From: a virus
Taxonomy: Duplodnaviria; Caudoviricetes
Length of the DNA stretch: 63,721 nucleotides
Virus record (IMG/VR): IMGVR_UViG_3300033273_000571
Span: 1-63,721 of that record
Reading direction: 5' to 3' (one strand)
In this document: in pieces, positions 11,054 to 20,313 of the stretch
Numbering within the stretch: the first letter of the stretch is position 1
Layout of the letters: every line of letters starts with the position of its first letter
Notes under the pieces: model-generated
Told to the model about the DNA's origin: nothing
The model's database searches: none
What the model saw: only the letters and a program-made list of their open reading frames with translations
Program-made: the position numbers and the translations under genes

Positions 11054-11932
11054 TCAATCGCCGATGAATACAGTCTCAGAACCAGTTTCAATACGATTTG
11101 TACCAGCTGAGTTAGTATCAAAGTGACTTCCGGTTCCTGCATCTCCTGTATCTGCCGTATCATCAACACGTGCAGCACCTTTAGTTCCGCTATTTAAATT
11201 AATTGTTCTACCATCAATAGTAATATCACCTTCGACATCAACATCCCAGTTTCCGCCAATTCGTGTAGTACAATTTTCATCAATAAATAAGTTTACATTT
11301 CCTTTGACGTGTACTGCATCATCTGATACAACCAGTGTGTATCTGTCTCTGACAACGTGTGTAACAAGATCACCGTCAGGGCTAACTTGATAAAACGTAC
11401 CTGATTTGTGCAATTCTCTAATTCGTTCAGCATCTGGCGTATTGTCGTATTCCTTAACATGACCTGCAGGAGTTTCATATACCAGATTGTTTGGATAGAC
11501 TGCTGCGTATGGATCATCAGGTTCTCCCATTGTAGTATCAGGTTCGTATGGTTTTACTTGGACTCCACGCGCTAATGGATTTGTAGATACTGAATCATAC
11601 TGATCATCTTCGTTATCTTCTATTTTTGGTAATGAACCAAGTATTAGAGGAAGCTGTGAATTTTGTCCATCTAGAAAAAACCCAAAGACAAGACTATCAA
11701 CTTGAATCCCAAGATTATTTCCAAACCCCTTAGTTCCACCCTGTGTAATTGGAACAATCACCTGTGCCCACGGGAGATCGTCATCAGCGACAAATAAAGT
11801 ATTTTCAGAATGAATACCATAAATTCTTACGCGGATTCTACCTAATTCTTTTGGGTCATTTAGACTTACAACTTTACCAGTAAACCATCGAGTCTGATCG
11901 CCATAGAATTCAATGTACTTTTTTGGAATCAT
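11054..11932 (-). CDS. gp5: baseplate hub/needle protein gp5, no lysozyme domain
   Basis: DPKELGRIRVRIYG.H, LPWA, GFFLDG OB-fold; YP.N.VYET..GHVKEYDNTP..ERI. Confidence 0.85.
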   Translation of the reverse strand: MIPKKYIEFYGDQTRWFTGKVVSLNDPKELGRIRVRIYGIHSENTLFVADDDLPWAQVIVPITQGGTKGFGNNLGIQVDSLVFGFFLDGQNSQLPLILGSLPKIEDNEDDQYDSVSTNPLARGVQVKPYEPDTTMGEPDDPYAAVYPNNLVYETPAGHVKEYDNTPDAERIRELHKSGTFYQVSPDGDLVTHVVRDRYTLVVSDDAVHVKGNVNLFIDENCTTRIGGNWDVDVEGDITIDGRTINLNSGTKGAARVDDTADTGDAGTGSHFDTNSAGTNRIETGSETVFIGD

Positions 11933-13242
11933 TTTCTTAAGTTTCCTAATTTGACACAGCTCAATCTCACATCACATTTTTCTTTCTTAAACATATATTG
12001 TGTTGCAAAGATTAAATAATCACCTGATTTCTTTTTATCTAGAAAGTCTCCGTCTTTACTTTCTGGTAATGATTTTAAAAATTCAAGACGAATCATATTT
12101 CCTGTTGCTGTATTGACATCACCATCAATAAAGTCAATACCGTTCACTGCAATCTGCATTGGAGTTTTTTTAAGAAATTCATGCATAGCTCTTGATATGA
12201 TATTTAATTTATAATCAGCAATTGTAGTGCTTTCTGAATATGATGGTAAATCATCAAATGCTGATGAACCACCGATCTGAGTAATCACCCGGCTATCTAG
12301 TAAATTATATGATTTTTCTTTATACACATAATCAGGTGAATACATTACATTATTGCTATTCTGAGGAACAACACCTTTCTTAATAATAGGCTGCAGTAAA
12401 TCTTTTGTTACATCAAAATGAAATGTATTTTGTGTATTATCTACGGTATCAACATATCGGTACTCAGATCCGATTAAACCCTTTTTAATTAACCCAAAAA
12501 GATCTTCTGTATCTTTCTGATCATATTCTAATATAGTTCTTCGTTGGACATCATAATTATTTGAGTTTGATGCACCTTGATAATATCTGTAAGGAATATC
12601 CATGTTAATTGGATTTTGTGTAAATAATGTTCCTAGATCTACAAGCTTTAGTTTATCGCCTACTAATGTAGAATACAAATAAAACGGATATCCATTAACA
12701 GTGGTAGCTCTTGACGAAAGCCACATCATTGCTTCGAGAGGATTAAGATTTGGAACAATTACTTTAATAGACTGCTTATCATTCTGAGAACTATATACTT
12801 CTTTATTTAAATATCCGTGTGATATTTTTTGAATAATATCACTGCATTTACCACTATATGCTCTACTAATATTTTGAAGATTCGCAATATAGCCAATATC
12901 TTCAATTAAATGTAGTACAACAAACTGAACGTTATCATTTGTTTTATGATTTACTTTTATTGAATCGATATAAAATACTTTTGTAATTGTTTCAGTTTCT
13001 TTGCGTAGCGATCTCAGTTTAATTGTAATTCTTTCTGCACCTAATATATCGACGCCAGACACAAAATCTCTTGCATCAGTAAAACTTATCGTTCCAGTAA
13101 GATACGGCTTATTTAAATGTTCATAGATATCAAGATCTGTAACAGATTGTCTAAGTTCTAATGACTCAAACAATCGATCAGATTGAAACAGTACGCTTTC
13201 AAATACAAAATCTGAAAGATTTTCTTCGGCTTTCGTTGTCAA
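11929..13242 (-). CDS. putative baseplate hub protein (gp27-like)
   Basis: 437 aa between gp53 and gp5; C-terminal DKKKSGDYLI. Confidence 0.5.
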   Translation of the reverse strand: MTTKAEENLSDFVFESVLFQSDRLFESLELRQSVTDLDIYEHLNKPYLTGTISFTDARDFVSGVDILGAERITIKLRSLRKETETITKVFYIDSIKVNHKTNDNVQFVVLHLIEDIGYIANLQNISRAYSGKCSDIIQKISHGYLNKEVYSSQNDKQSIKVIVPNLNPLEAMMWLSSRATTVNGYPFYLYSTLVGDKLKLVDLGTLFTQNPINMDIPYRYYQGASNSNNYDVQRRTILEYDQKDTEDLFGLIKKGLIGSEYRYVDTVDNTQNTFHFDVTKDLLQPIIKKGVVPQNSNNVMYSPDYVYKEKSYNLLDSRVITQIGGSSAFDDLPSYSESTTIADYKLNIISRAMHEFLKKTPMQIAVNGIDFIDGDVNTATGNMIRLEFLKSLPESKDGDFLDKKKSGDYLIFATQYMFKKEKCDVRLSCVKLGNLRK

Positions 13243-13988
13243 TTTCTAATTGCCTCACGGAATGCCCTGACTACTTGATTAATAGAGTCTGGCTTAATAA
13301 TTCTAATTTCTTTTAGTTCATCATTGAATCTAACAAATCTATCCAAATTAGTTACTTCTGTCAATAATGCACCTGGCCCAACGGAAGGATCGATATCAAC
13401 ATATTTTTTATCTGCATCTTCATAATGATGTGCAGCTAAATATTGCAATTCGCTAGATTCTAAAATAATTGTTTCAGCAGTATTAATTGGTAATGTAGGT
13501 CTATCCACAATAGTTAAAGAAGTTAAAGTTTCACCAGCAGTAAATGTGCCTGATACATTTTTTACAGTAAGCTGGCCTAAGTCTAAGTTACGATGTGTAA
13601 TTAAACCTTCTGCAGCTGATGAGTTTCCGGTAACTGTTTGACCAAGCCTAAACCGATTTGTAAGTGGCGTCTTTGTAGTAAGTGTCGTATGTGGATATTG
13701 TTTTTTAACTTTATCCATTAACTCACGGTTATTTAAAGGCCAGCCTCTTTCCCGTATATTATCATTTAATAAATAAAATGTCCAATGATAATCAGTAGTG
13801 CCGTATAGTTTATAAGATAACTGATCTGCTCTTTCAAATTCTTCAATAGTATAGTCATAGTAAAAAGCAATATTGTCTTTTATTTGATCAATAATATCTG
13901 CATACACTGATATATTTCTGAATACATCTGGGTTTTGTTCATTCCCAAATCTGTATTCAACTCTAGGAAAATAAGTAAAAAACGACAT
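13239..13988 (-). CDS. gp53: baseplate wedge protein gp53
   Basis: FFTYFP, ERADQLSYKLYG..DYHW, GWPL, IRIIKP motifs. Confidence 0.85.
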   Translation of the reverse strand: MSFFTYFPRVEYRFGNEQNPDVFRNISVYADIIDQIKDNIAFYYDYTIEEFERADQLSYKLYGTTDYHWTFYLLNDNIRERGWPLNNRELMDKVKKQYPHTTLTTKTPLTNRFRLGQTVTGNSSAAEGLITHRNLDLGQLTVKNVSGTFTAGETLTSLTIVDRPTLPINTAETIILESSELQYLAAHHYEDADKKYVDIDPSVGPGALLTEVTNLDRFVRFNDELKEIRIIKPDSINQVVRAFREAIRN

Positions 13989-14977
13989 TAGAAGCTTCCT
14001 TCAGTATCAGTGAGGTTTGGTCTAACACCATCGTTTCCTTTATACGGACTCTCAACATCTTTCTTAGACAAGGTTCTATGCTCAAGAAATTGCAACGTTA
14101 AGTCTACTTCAGTGGGAGTACCGTCAGCATGGAAAGAAGCTTGAGTTGGATTGTAAGAAGTCGATATACTTCTTAAATAACAATCTTTTATGTGATGACC
14201 ATTTTGAATATATGTACCATTTACTTTTGTAAATGCTTTTATTCTAAACATTTCAGGATATTCATAACCTAGAGAAATTTGTTCTGTGCCTAAGATGTCA
14301 GCTGGATACGCATGATATCTAAAAAATTTAATAATTGATTGCAACATTCTAGATTCTTCTTCACTAACAGGAATAAATTTAAATGTAAATGCAAACTCTC
14401 TTAAATTAACTTGTCTAAACATTGCCCGAACATTTGGATTGATCGATGCTTGTGCTGCAATACTCACTGCATTTTGTACACCATCAAACGGCTGAAGACC
14501 TGCAACTCGAACGGCACCAAGTCTTCCAATATCTCCACCACCTAACGCTTCTAGAAAATCAGATATACCTTGTGTGCCTTGTGATATTGCTTGAGAAGCT
14601 GCTCCTACAAGTCCTTGTCCTTGTTGGGCAGCTGCTAACGCTCCGGCACCAGCCGCTCCAAGTCCAGGAGTTTCATACGCAAATGTATCATTAATTTGAA
14701 TTGCTTGAGGCATATATAAATCGCATTTAGATCCAAGCGTAAGTGTTGCTGGACTACCACCTTTAAAGTCTTCAATATTGAGTTCACCATCTGAAGCACG
14801 ATTAAATGTTTGTCCTGTTGAAAACTTAGTAGAAAATTGTGGCGGATTAATTCTAATGATTTGAAACTGAAGTTTTGACGCATAGACTTCTTCGTCTTCG
14901 AGTGGAAAAGAAAATCTTCCACGCTGATATTTTTGTCCTGGAACTTCATCGTCAAGTGAATTGTATCTAAATGCCAT
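13988..14977 (-). CDS. gp48: baseplate tail-tube cap gp48
   Basis: LYMP, NPN..MFRQVNLREFAFTFKFIP, DLTLQFLE. Confidence 0.8.
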   Translation of the reverse strand: MAFRYNSLDDEVPGQKYQRGRFSFPLEDEEVYASKLQFQIIRINPPQFSTKFSTGQTFNRASDGELNIEDFKGGSPATLTLGSKCDLYMPQAIQINDTFAYETPGLGAAGAGALAAAQQGQGLVGAASQAISQGTQGISDFLEALGGGDIGRLGAVRVAGLQPFDGVQNAVSIAAQASINPNVRAMFRQVNLREFAFTFKFIPVSEEESRMLQSIIKFFRYHAYPADILGTEQISLGYEYPEMFRIKAFTKVNGTYIQNGHHIKDCYLRSISTSYNPTQASFHADGTPTEVDLTLQFLEHRTLSKKDVESPYKGNDGVRPNLTDTEGSF

Positions 14978-15009
14978 ATTTAAACCTATAGATAAAAAAT
15001 AGTTTGTTT

Positions 15010-15017
15010 TATTTATA
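15010..15017 (-). promoter_or_regulatory. T4-type late promoter
   Basis: TATAAATA upstream of gp48. Confidence 0.75.
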
Positions 15018-15024
15018 GGGTTCT

Positions 15025-15525
15025 ATGGCATATTCTGGTCGATATCAAGTAATGAATCGCAACAAATATAAAGGCGATCCTGATAGTGTAGTCTACCGAT
15101 CTATGTGGGAGAAGTATGTCTTTATCTGGTGTGATACAAATCCTAAAGTAAAACGATGGTCAAGTGAAGAAATAGTCATTCCTTATTACTATGACGTTGA
15201 TAAGAAGTATCATCGGTACTTTCCAGATATTCTGATTCAGACAGACGAAAAAACTATATTAGTTGAAATCAAACCTGATAAAGAAACAAAGCCACCAACA
15301 GGTCAACGTCGTACTAAAAAGTATATTAATGAGGGTATGACCTACATCAAGAACATGAACAAGTGGGAAGCAGCAAACGAATATTGTAAAGATCGTAAAT
15401 GGGAGTTTCAGATCTGGACTGAAGACACTCTACGTGAGATGGGATTGTTATCAAAGAAGCTCCCAGGTAAAATAAAAAAGCCACTCAAACCATTGAAACC
15501 ATATCGCAAAAAGCCTAAGAAATAG
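15025..15525 (+). CDS. gp4: head completion nuclease gp4
   Basis: KYKGD...VYRS.WE, WSSEE, HRYFPD, VEIKP, KWEAA. Confidence 0.9.
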   Translation: MAYSGRYQVMNRNKYKGDPDSVVYRSMWEKYVFIWCDTNPKVKRWSSEEIVIPYYYDVDKKYHRYFPDILIQTDEKTILVEIKPDKETKPPTGQRRTKKYINEGMTYIKNMNKWEAANEYCKDRKWEFQIWTEDTLREMGLLSKKLPGKIKKPLKPLKPYRKKPKK

Positions 15526-15527
15526 TT

Positions 15528-15535
15528 ATAAATAA
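15528..15535 (+). promoter_or_regulatory. T4-type late promoter
   Basis: TATAAATA just upstream of gp2. Confidence 0.7.
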
Positions 15536-15539
15536 CTGC

Positions 15540-16067
15540 ATGAGCAATTTATTTCAAACGTTAGAGATTGAAGCCTTTCGTGCTGGTATTAAGCCACGCA
15601 CAAAAGAATCTATGGAGTGGTTTAGGAGAAAAGCCACTCAGCTAGGTCGTGTAGGCAAGTCGATCATGAATGATGAAGCACTGAAGCTTCAACAAAGTAT
15701 GCAGGATCCGAAAGGAAAAATGTATATGTTCTTCTATGATCCAAAATATAAACAGACTCTACCGTATTACGATAAGTTCCCGTTGATCATTATGGTTGGT
15801 CCAGCAGAAGGTGGATTCTATGGTTTGAATCTACACTATTTGCCACCAGTCTTAAGAGCAAAAGTACTTGATGCTTTACTTGATGATCAGCCTGTACCAA
15901 AAAAATATATTGCTCCAATGATCAAGCATTATCTTAACAGCCATGTAAAAAGTAGATTTGCTTTAGTTGATAAGCCTGAATGGGAAATTGCTACATTTTT
16001 ACCGACAGCTCAGTTCGAAAAACTAAATGCAGGCCAAGTATATAACAGATCTAGGAAGATGATTTAA
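15540..16067 (+). CDS. gp2: DNA end protector gp2
   Basis: MFFYDPK.K.TLPYYDKFPL, GFYGLNLHYL. Confidence 0.9.
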   Translation: MSNLFQTLEIEAFRAGIKPRTKESMEWFRRKATQLGRVGKSIMNDEALKLQQSMQDPKGKMYMFFYDPKYKQTLPYYDKFPLIIMVGPAEGGFYGLNLHYLPPVLRAKVLDALLDDQPVPKKYIAPMIKHYLNSHVKSRFALVDKPEWEIATFLPTAQFEKLNAGQVYNRSRKMI

Positions 16068-16720
16068 TGTCGACAGTAGATGAACTAAAAGCAATCGCCT
16101 CGTCCAAATTAGGTTTTGCAAGAACAAATAACTTTCTTGTTGAATTACCACCACTCGGTGGAAGTATTTTATCTGGGTTTATTCCTTCAATCCCAGGAGT
16201 CACAGCAGATTCTCAACCTGGAGCTCGAGAATTAAATATTCTTTGTAAAAATGCTACTTTACCTGGAAAACAAATTTTAACTCATGATCGTCGTATCGGT
16301 ATGAGATTCGAAAAGGTAGCATATGGATATGCCGTTGGTGATATTAATCTTACATTTTATCTACTTAATGATTATGGTGTAATGAATTATTTTGATAAGT
16401 GGCGGTCAACAATTTTAAATGAACAGGATCTTACTGTAGGTTATAAGAACGACTATGCGAAGCCTGTTAGAATACATCAATTAAGAAAACCACAAATTGG
16501 GTTTCAACAGAATGTTGGACCAATATCAGTGAATATTGGAGCCGGCGGTGGATCAGTGTATAGCGTGGAATTAGAAAAAGCATTTCCAACAACTATTGGA
16601 CAAATTGATCTTTCAAATGACTTGGACGGATTGATTGAATTGTCCGTTTCATTTTCATACACTAACTGGAGGCGTATCAGACCGTCTCAAAACTTTATTA
16701 ATGTAAGTGCTGGAGTTTAA
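16067..16720 (+). CDS. baseplate tail-tube initiator (gp54-like)
   Basis: ARTNNF.V, C...TLPG, AFPTTIG.IDLS, VSFSY tail-tube fold motifs. Confidence 0.65.
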   Translation: MSTVDELKAIASSKLGFARTNNFLVELPPLGGSILSGFIPSIPGVTADSQPGARELNILCKNATLPGKQILTHDRRIGMRFEKVAYGYAVGDINLTFYLLNDYGVMNYFDKWRSTILNEQDLTVGYKNDYAKPVRIHQLRKPQIGFQQNVGPISVNIGAGGGSVYSVELEKAFPTTIGQIDLSNDLDGLIELSVSFSYTNWRRIRPSQNFINVSAGV

Positions 16721-16723
16721 ATA

Positions 16724-17437
16724 ATGGCTTTACCAAAACTAAATACTTCGCCGAAGTATGAGTTGACAATACCGTCTACAGGCGAAAAAGTATTCTTTAG
16801 ACCATTTTTGGTTAAAGAACAAAAAGTGCTGATGATTTCTTATGAATCAAATGATCGTAAGCAAATTATTAAAGCTCTTTTAGACACGGTAGATTCTTGT
16901 CTTGAGAGCGATATCGATGTGTACTCATTATCAACTTTTGATATTGATTATATGTTTACACAGATTAGAGGAAAATCTGTTGGCGAAAATGTTAGTATCA
17001 ATATTAAGTGTTCAGATTGCGATCACTATAATGAGATCCAGGTAAAATTAGATGATATTGAACCACCGATTGTTGAAGGATCTAAAGTAATAGAACTTGA
17101 TGCAAATATTTCTCTAACATTGAAATATCCAAGTTATACACAATTTATTCGCAATCCTAAAATATTAGAAGCTTCTAACGGTACAGAAGCTGTAATGGAA
17201 ATTATTATTGCATGTATGGATTCTATTCAAACGGATGATGAGAATATTATTCTTAAAAATGAATCTAAAGAAGAAATTGTAAAGTTTTTAGATTCTATGT
17301 CAACTAGTCAGTTTGAACAAATTTCGTCATTTGTACAGAATATGCCAAGTATGAGTAAAGACGTTCAATTTACATGCGAAAGCTGTGGAAAAGAAAATAA
17401 TACAACACTTAAAGGACTCGACGATTTTTTATCATAA
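16724..17437 (+). CDS. gp26: baseplate hub assembly protein gp26
   Basis: MALPKL..P.YEL.IPSTG, FRPFLVKE.K, IRGKSVGE, two CxxC pairs. Confidence 0.88.
   Translation: MALPKLNTSPKYELTIPSTGEKVFFRPFLVKEQKVLMISYESNDRKQIIKALLDTVDSCLESDIDVYSLSTFDIDYMFTQIRGKSVGENVSINIKCSDCDHYNEIQVKLDDIEPPIVEGSKVIELDANISLTLKYPSYTQFIRNPKILEASNGTEAVMEIIIACMDSIQTDDENIILKNESKEEIVKFLDSMSTSQFEQISSFVQNMPSMSKDVQFTCESCGKENNTTLKGLDDFLS
17425..17431 (+). promoter_or_regulatory. putative -1 ribosomal frameshift heptamer T_TTT_TTA
   Basis: GAT TTT TTA TCA TAA at the end of gp26; X_XXY_YYZ in the correct phase. Confidence 0.65.
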
Positions 17438-17625
17438 ACCTCTCACATGAAACACTGGAGAACTATTATCAAGTCAACTTTCAATTAATGCAACATTTTA
17501 ATTATTCGTTGACAGAGTTAGAAGGGTTGATGCCGTGGGAGAGGGAAATTTATTTGATATTATTGATGAATCATATTAAGGAACAAAACGAGAGAGCTAA
17601 GCAAAATGGCAGCAATTACACTTGA
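17431..17625 (+). CDS. gp51: baseplate hub assembly catalyst gp51, in the -1 frame of gp26; no start codon ahead of its conserved N-terminal block
   Basis: hand translation IINLSHETLENYYQVNFQLMQHFNYSLTELEGLMPWEREIYLILLMNHIKEQNERAKQNGSNYT*; not in the ORF track. Confidence 0.8.
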   Translation: MINLSHETLENYYQVNFQLMQHFNYSLTELEGLMPWEREIYLILLMNHIKEQNERAKQNGSNYT

Positions 17626-19120
17626 AGATCTAAATAGTAATTTAGAGCAGCAAAATGACATTCTAAATAAGGTTGAAAGACTTTCTTCAAAGATGTCTAA
17701 TAGTATAACTACGCTTGTCAAAAGCTTAACAGGCTTTAAAGGTGATGAGCTCGAAGCCTCACGTGAAGCAAAACCTGGTGTAATGCCTTTAGACGGAAAG
17801 GCTGGTGCAGATGGCGGTGATTTTGATCTTAGACCATTTTTAGCCGGTCTCATTCCTGGTATAGGAGCACTTTTAGCTGGTCTTTCAGGTGCTATTCTAG
17901 CATCTTTTGATGAAACTTTTAATGACATAGCTCGTTCGTTTGTCACGTTTGGTACAAAGATTGGTGAAAAAACTAGAGGCCTAGTTACATCATTTCTAAA
18001 AGCTTTCGGACCTGAGGGAAGAATAGGTAAACTATTTCTAGTTGACAAATTAGTCGGGGAACAAGGAAAGCTTACTCAATTAGTTACTAAGGCTATTAGT
18101 AGCGCAAAAACTTCCATGCTTATCTCTCTTGGTTTATTAGGTGAGGATGGAAAAGAAATAGCTATTGTTAAGAAGGGAGTACAAGGTGCCTTTAATCCTC
18201 TAACAAAATTTAATGAAAGACTTCAAGCTTTATTTGGTCCTGAATCAAGATTGGGTAAAGCTACGACTGCAATAAAAGAAGCATTTACGTTTACAGAAGA
18301 AAGTAAAGTATTTAAAATTCTAAGTACTCTCGGTGATATTTTAAAGAAAATTTTTGTTCCAATCGGTATTATCTTTACTGCTTATGATACGGTGAAAGGT
18401 ACCCTCGATGGGTACGAGAAAGCTGGAGGAATTGGTGCCGTCATTGGTGGAATCACTGGATTCTTTGAGTCGGTTATTGGTGCACCTGCCAATCTATTAA
18501 AGTCAGCTGTATCATATATCCTTGGCTTCTTTGGGTTTAAAGAGGCTGAGAAGTGGCTTGATGAGAATGTAGATTTTGAAAAAATGATTAGTGACATCGG
18601 TGATGGTTTGATTAATTTTCTTCAAGCTCCTATTGAAGCATTAAAAAATGCACTTAGGGCAATACTACCAGAAAAAGTAGCAGATTACTTATTTGAAGAA
18701 GAGAAAGAACTAACTCCTGAACAACAGCAGGATCAAACTAAGAAAAAAATAAAATCGCTAGGACTGGGAAATGCATTCGAAGAGGGAGGCATTGATGCTG
18801 CTCGAAGTAAAGCAGTAGAATTATACAGCGGCAGAAAGCTAGAGAATGTATTAGGTATTTTAAATGAACTTGATGGGGCTCAAGATGCATCTAAGTCGTA
18901 TGATGATGCTGCTTTAAGAAAGTTAAGAACCACCGGTCCCACAACAGCTTCTACATTAACTCAAGAGACTGCAGAAATGACAGCTAGGGCTAATCAAGGA
19001 CCAGCCCCAGTTATAATCCAGGATAACTCGCAAAGAGTTCAAGGAGGAAGTTCATCCCAAGGTGTTGTTATGCCAACGAATCCTTGGGATGCTGCAGATC
19101 CTTACGCTGGATATGCTTAG
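17606..19120 (+). CDS. tape-measure-like protein (gp29-like)
   Basis: 504 aa, Ala/Gly/Leu-rich helical with hydrophobic stretches; follows gp26/gp51. Confidence 0.55.
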   Translation: MAAITLEDLNSNLEQQNDILNKVERLSSKMSNSITTLVKSLTGFKGDELEASREAKPGVMPLDGKAGADGGDFDLRPFLAGLIPGIGALLAGLSGAILASFDETFNDIARSFVTFGTKIGEKTRGLVTSFLKAFGPEGRIGKLFLVDKLVGEQGKLTQLVTKAISSAKTSMLISLGLLGEDGKEIAIVKKGVQGAFNPLTKFNERLQALFGPESRLGKATTAIKEAFTFTEESKVFKILSTLGDILKKIFVPIGIIFTAYDTVKGTLDGYEKAGGIGAVIGGITGFFESVIGAPANLLKSAVSYILGFFGFKEAEKWLDENVDFEKMISDIGDGLINFLQAPIEALKNALRAILPEKVADYLFEEEKELTPEQQQDQTKKKIKSLGLGNAFEEGGIDAARSKAVELYSGRKLENVLGILNELDGAQDASKSYDDAALRKLRTTGPTTASTLTQETAEMTARANQGPAPVIIQDNSQRVQGGSSSQGVVMPTNPWDAADPYAGYA

Positions 19121-20010
19121 TCGTCATTTGCCAGTTTAGCGAAGTATGACATTGTGTCATCTTCATCTGTGTCAAATGGAATCTCATCAGCTGTCACTGG
19201 CTCTAGCGGTGCTGGAGCTGGTTCATTCATCTGACCTTCTTGCTTGAGTGTAGGAGCACCAGCTTCTACCTCTTCACCGAGAACTCGCATCAACTTAGCC
19301 TTGAGTTCGTCATAAGTCTTGTAGTTCTTTGGATCAGTGAACTCACTGAGTGGGTGCAACTTACCATAGATTTCTTCAAGCTTATCATCATCAGCCAATT
19401 GTGATGGTGACTCAAACTCAGACTTGTCGTAGTTACGATAGCCTTCAACATTACGAATCTTTAACTTGAAGTTCGCACCTTCCCAGAAGTCAAATGGATT
19501 GACAGGTGTCTCATCCTGGAATGCAGGCTGCATGACATCCATAATCTTATCAAAGATCTTCTTACCAAACTGATAAAGGAAGACTTTGCCTTCGTTTTCT
19601 GGATTTGCAGGATCTGAAATGATCTGCACGTTAGTGACATAATGTAGACGACGCTTCTGCGTACGAGCACGGTCTTTATCAGCCTCAACACCAGTATTCC
19701 ATAGACGTGAGTTGAGCTCACCGACTGGATCTGGTTGACCGATAGAAGTCAACGATCGTTCAATATACCACATACCTGTAGGACCTTTGAATCCGTGATC
19801 CCAGTACCGTACCCATGGAAGATCTTCACCTTCAGGTGCTGGTAGGAAACGGAGTACTACATAACCATTACCTGCCTTATCGACAGCTGGCTTATAGATT
19901 CGGTCATCACCGTATGATTTCTTTTCTTGAGTTCCGCCACCGACAGATTCTGCGGCTGAAAGAAGTTTATTGATTTGATCGCGATTGCGCTTTAGATTTT
20001 CGAATGACAT
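19117..20010 (-). CDS. gp32: single-stranded DNA-binding protein gp32
   Basis: DKAGNGY.VLRFLP, FGKKIFDKI, NPFDFWEGANFKLKIR, RNYDKSEF, acidic tail SYFAKLA. Confidence 0.95.
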   Translation of the reverse strand: MSFENLKRNRDQINKLLSAAESVGGGTQEKKSYGDDRIYKPAVDKAGNGYVVLRFLPAPEGEDLPWVRYWDHGFKGPTGMWYIERSLTSIGQPDPVGELNSRLWNTGVEADKDRARTQKRRLHYVTNVQIISDPANPENEGKVFLYQFGKKIFDKIMDVMQPAFQDETPVNPFDFWEGANFKLKIRNVEGYRNYDKSEFESPSQLADDDKLEEIYGKLHPLSEFTDPKNYKTYDELKAKLMRVLGEEVEAGAPTLKQEGQMNEPAPAPLEPVTADEIPFDTDEDDTMSYFAKLANDD

Positions 20011-20045
20011 CGTATTGTCCTTGTATTGCTGAAATATGTTACTGT

Positions 20046-20074
20046 ATTATACACTGTATTTGTACCGAAGTACA
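20046..20074 (-). promoter_or_regulatory. early (sigma70-like) promoter
   Basis: TGTACT-N17-TATAAT. Confidence 0.7.
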
Positions 20075-20079
20075 TAGAT

Positions 20080-20313
20080 TTAATCAAATGATAACTCATT
20101 TGTTTTTGGCAAGAAGTTTAACCTCCGTGCCTCTGCCTCAAGTTTACCCTTAATGATAGGGTTGACGAACTTACGTACGTCTTCAATTTCAATATTATGC
20201 TCTTCGCATAACCATACTATAGCATCCATATACGAGAGGCGTTTTTCAAAGACGGTTTGTTCGACCAACTTTGAAAATTTGGATTTAGTTAAGAAATTTT
20301 CTTCAACACTCAT
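20080..20313 (-). CDS. gp33: late transcription coactivator gp33
   Basis: SYMDAIV.LCE..IE, K.KLEAEA..LNFLPK. Confidence 0.85.
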   Translation of the reverse strand: MSVEENFLTKSKFSKLVEQTVFEKRLSYMDAIVWLCEEHNIEIEDVRKFVNPIIKGKLEAEARRLNFLPKTNELSFD

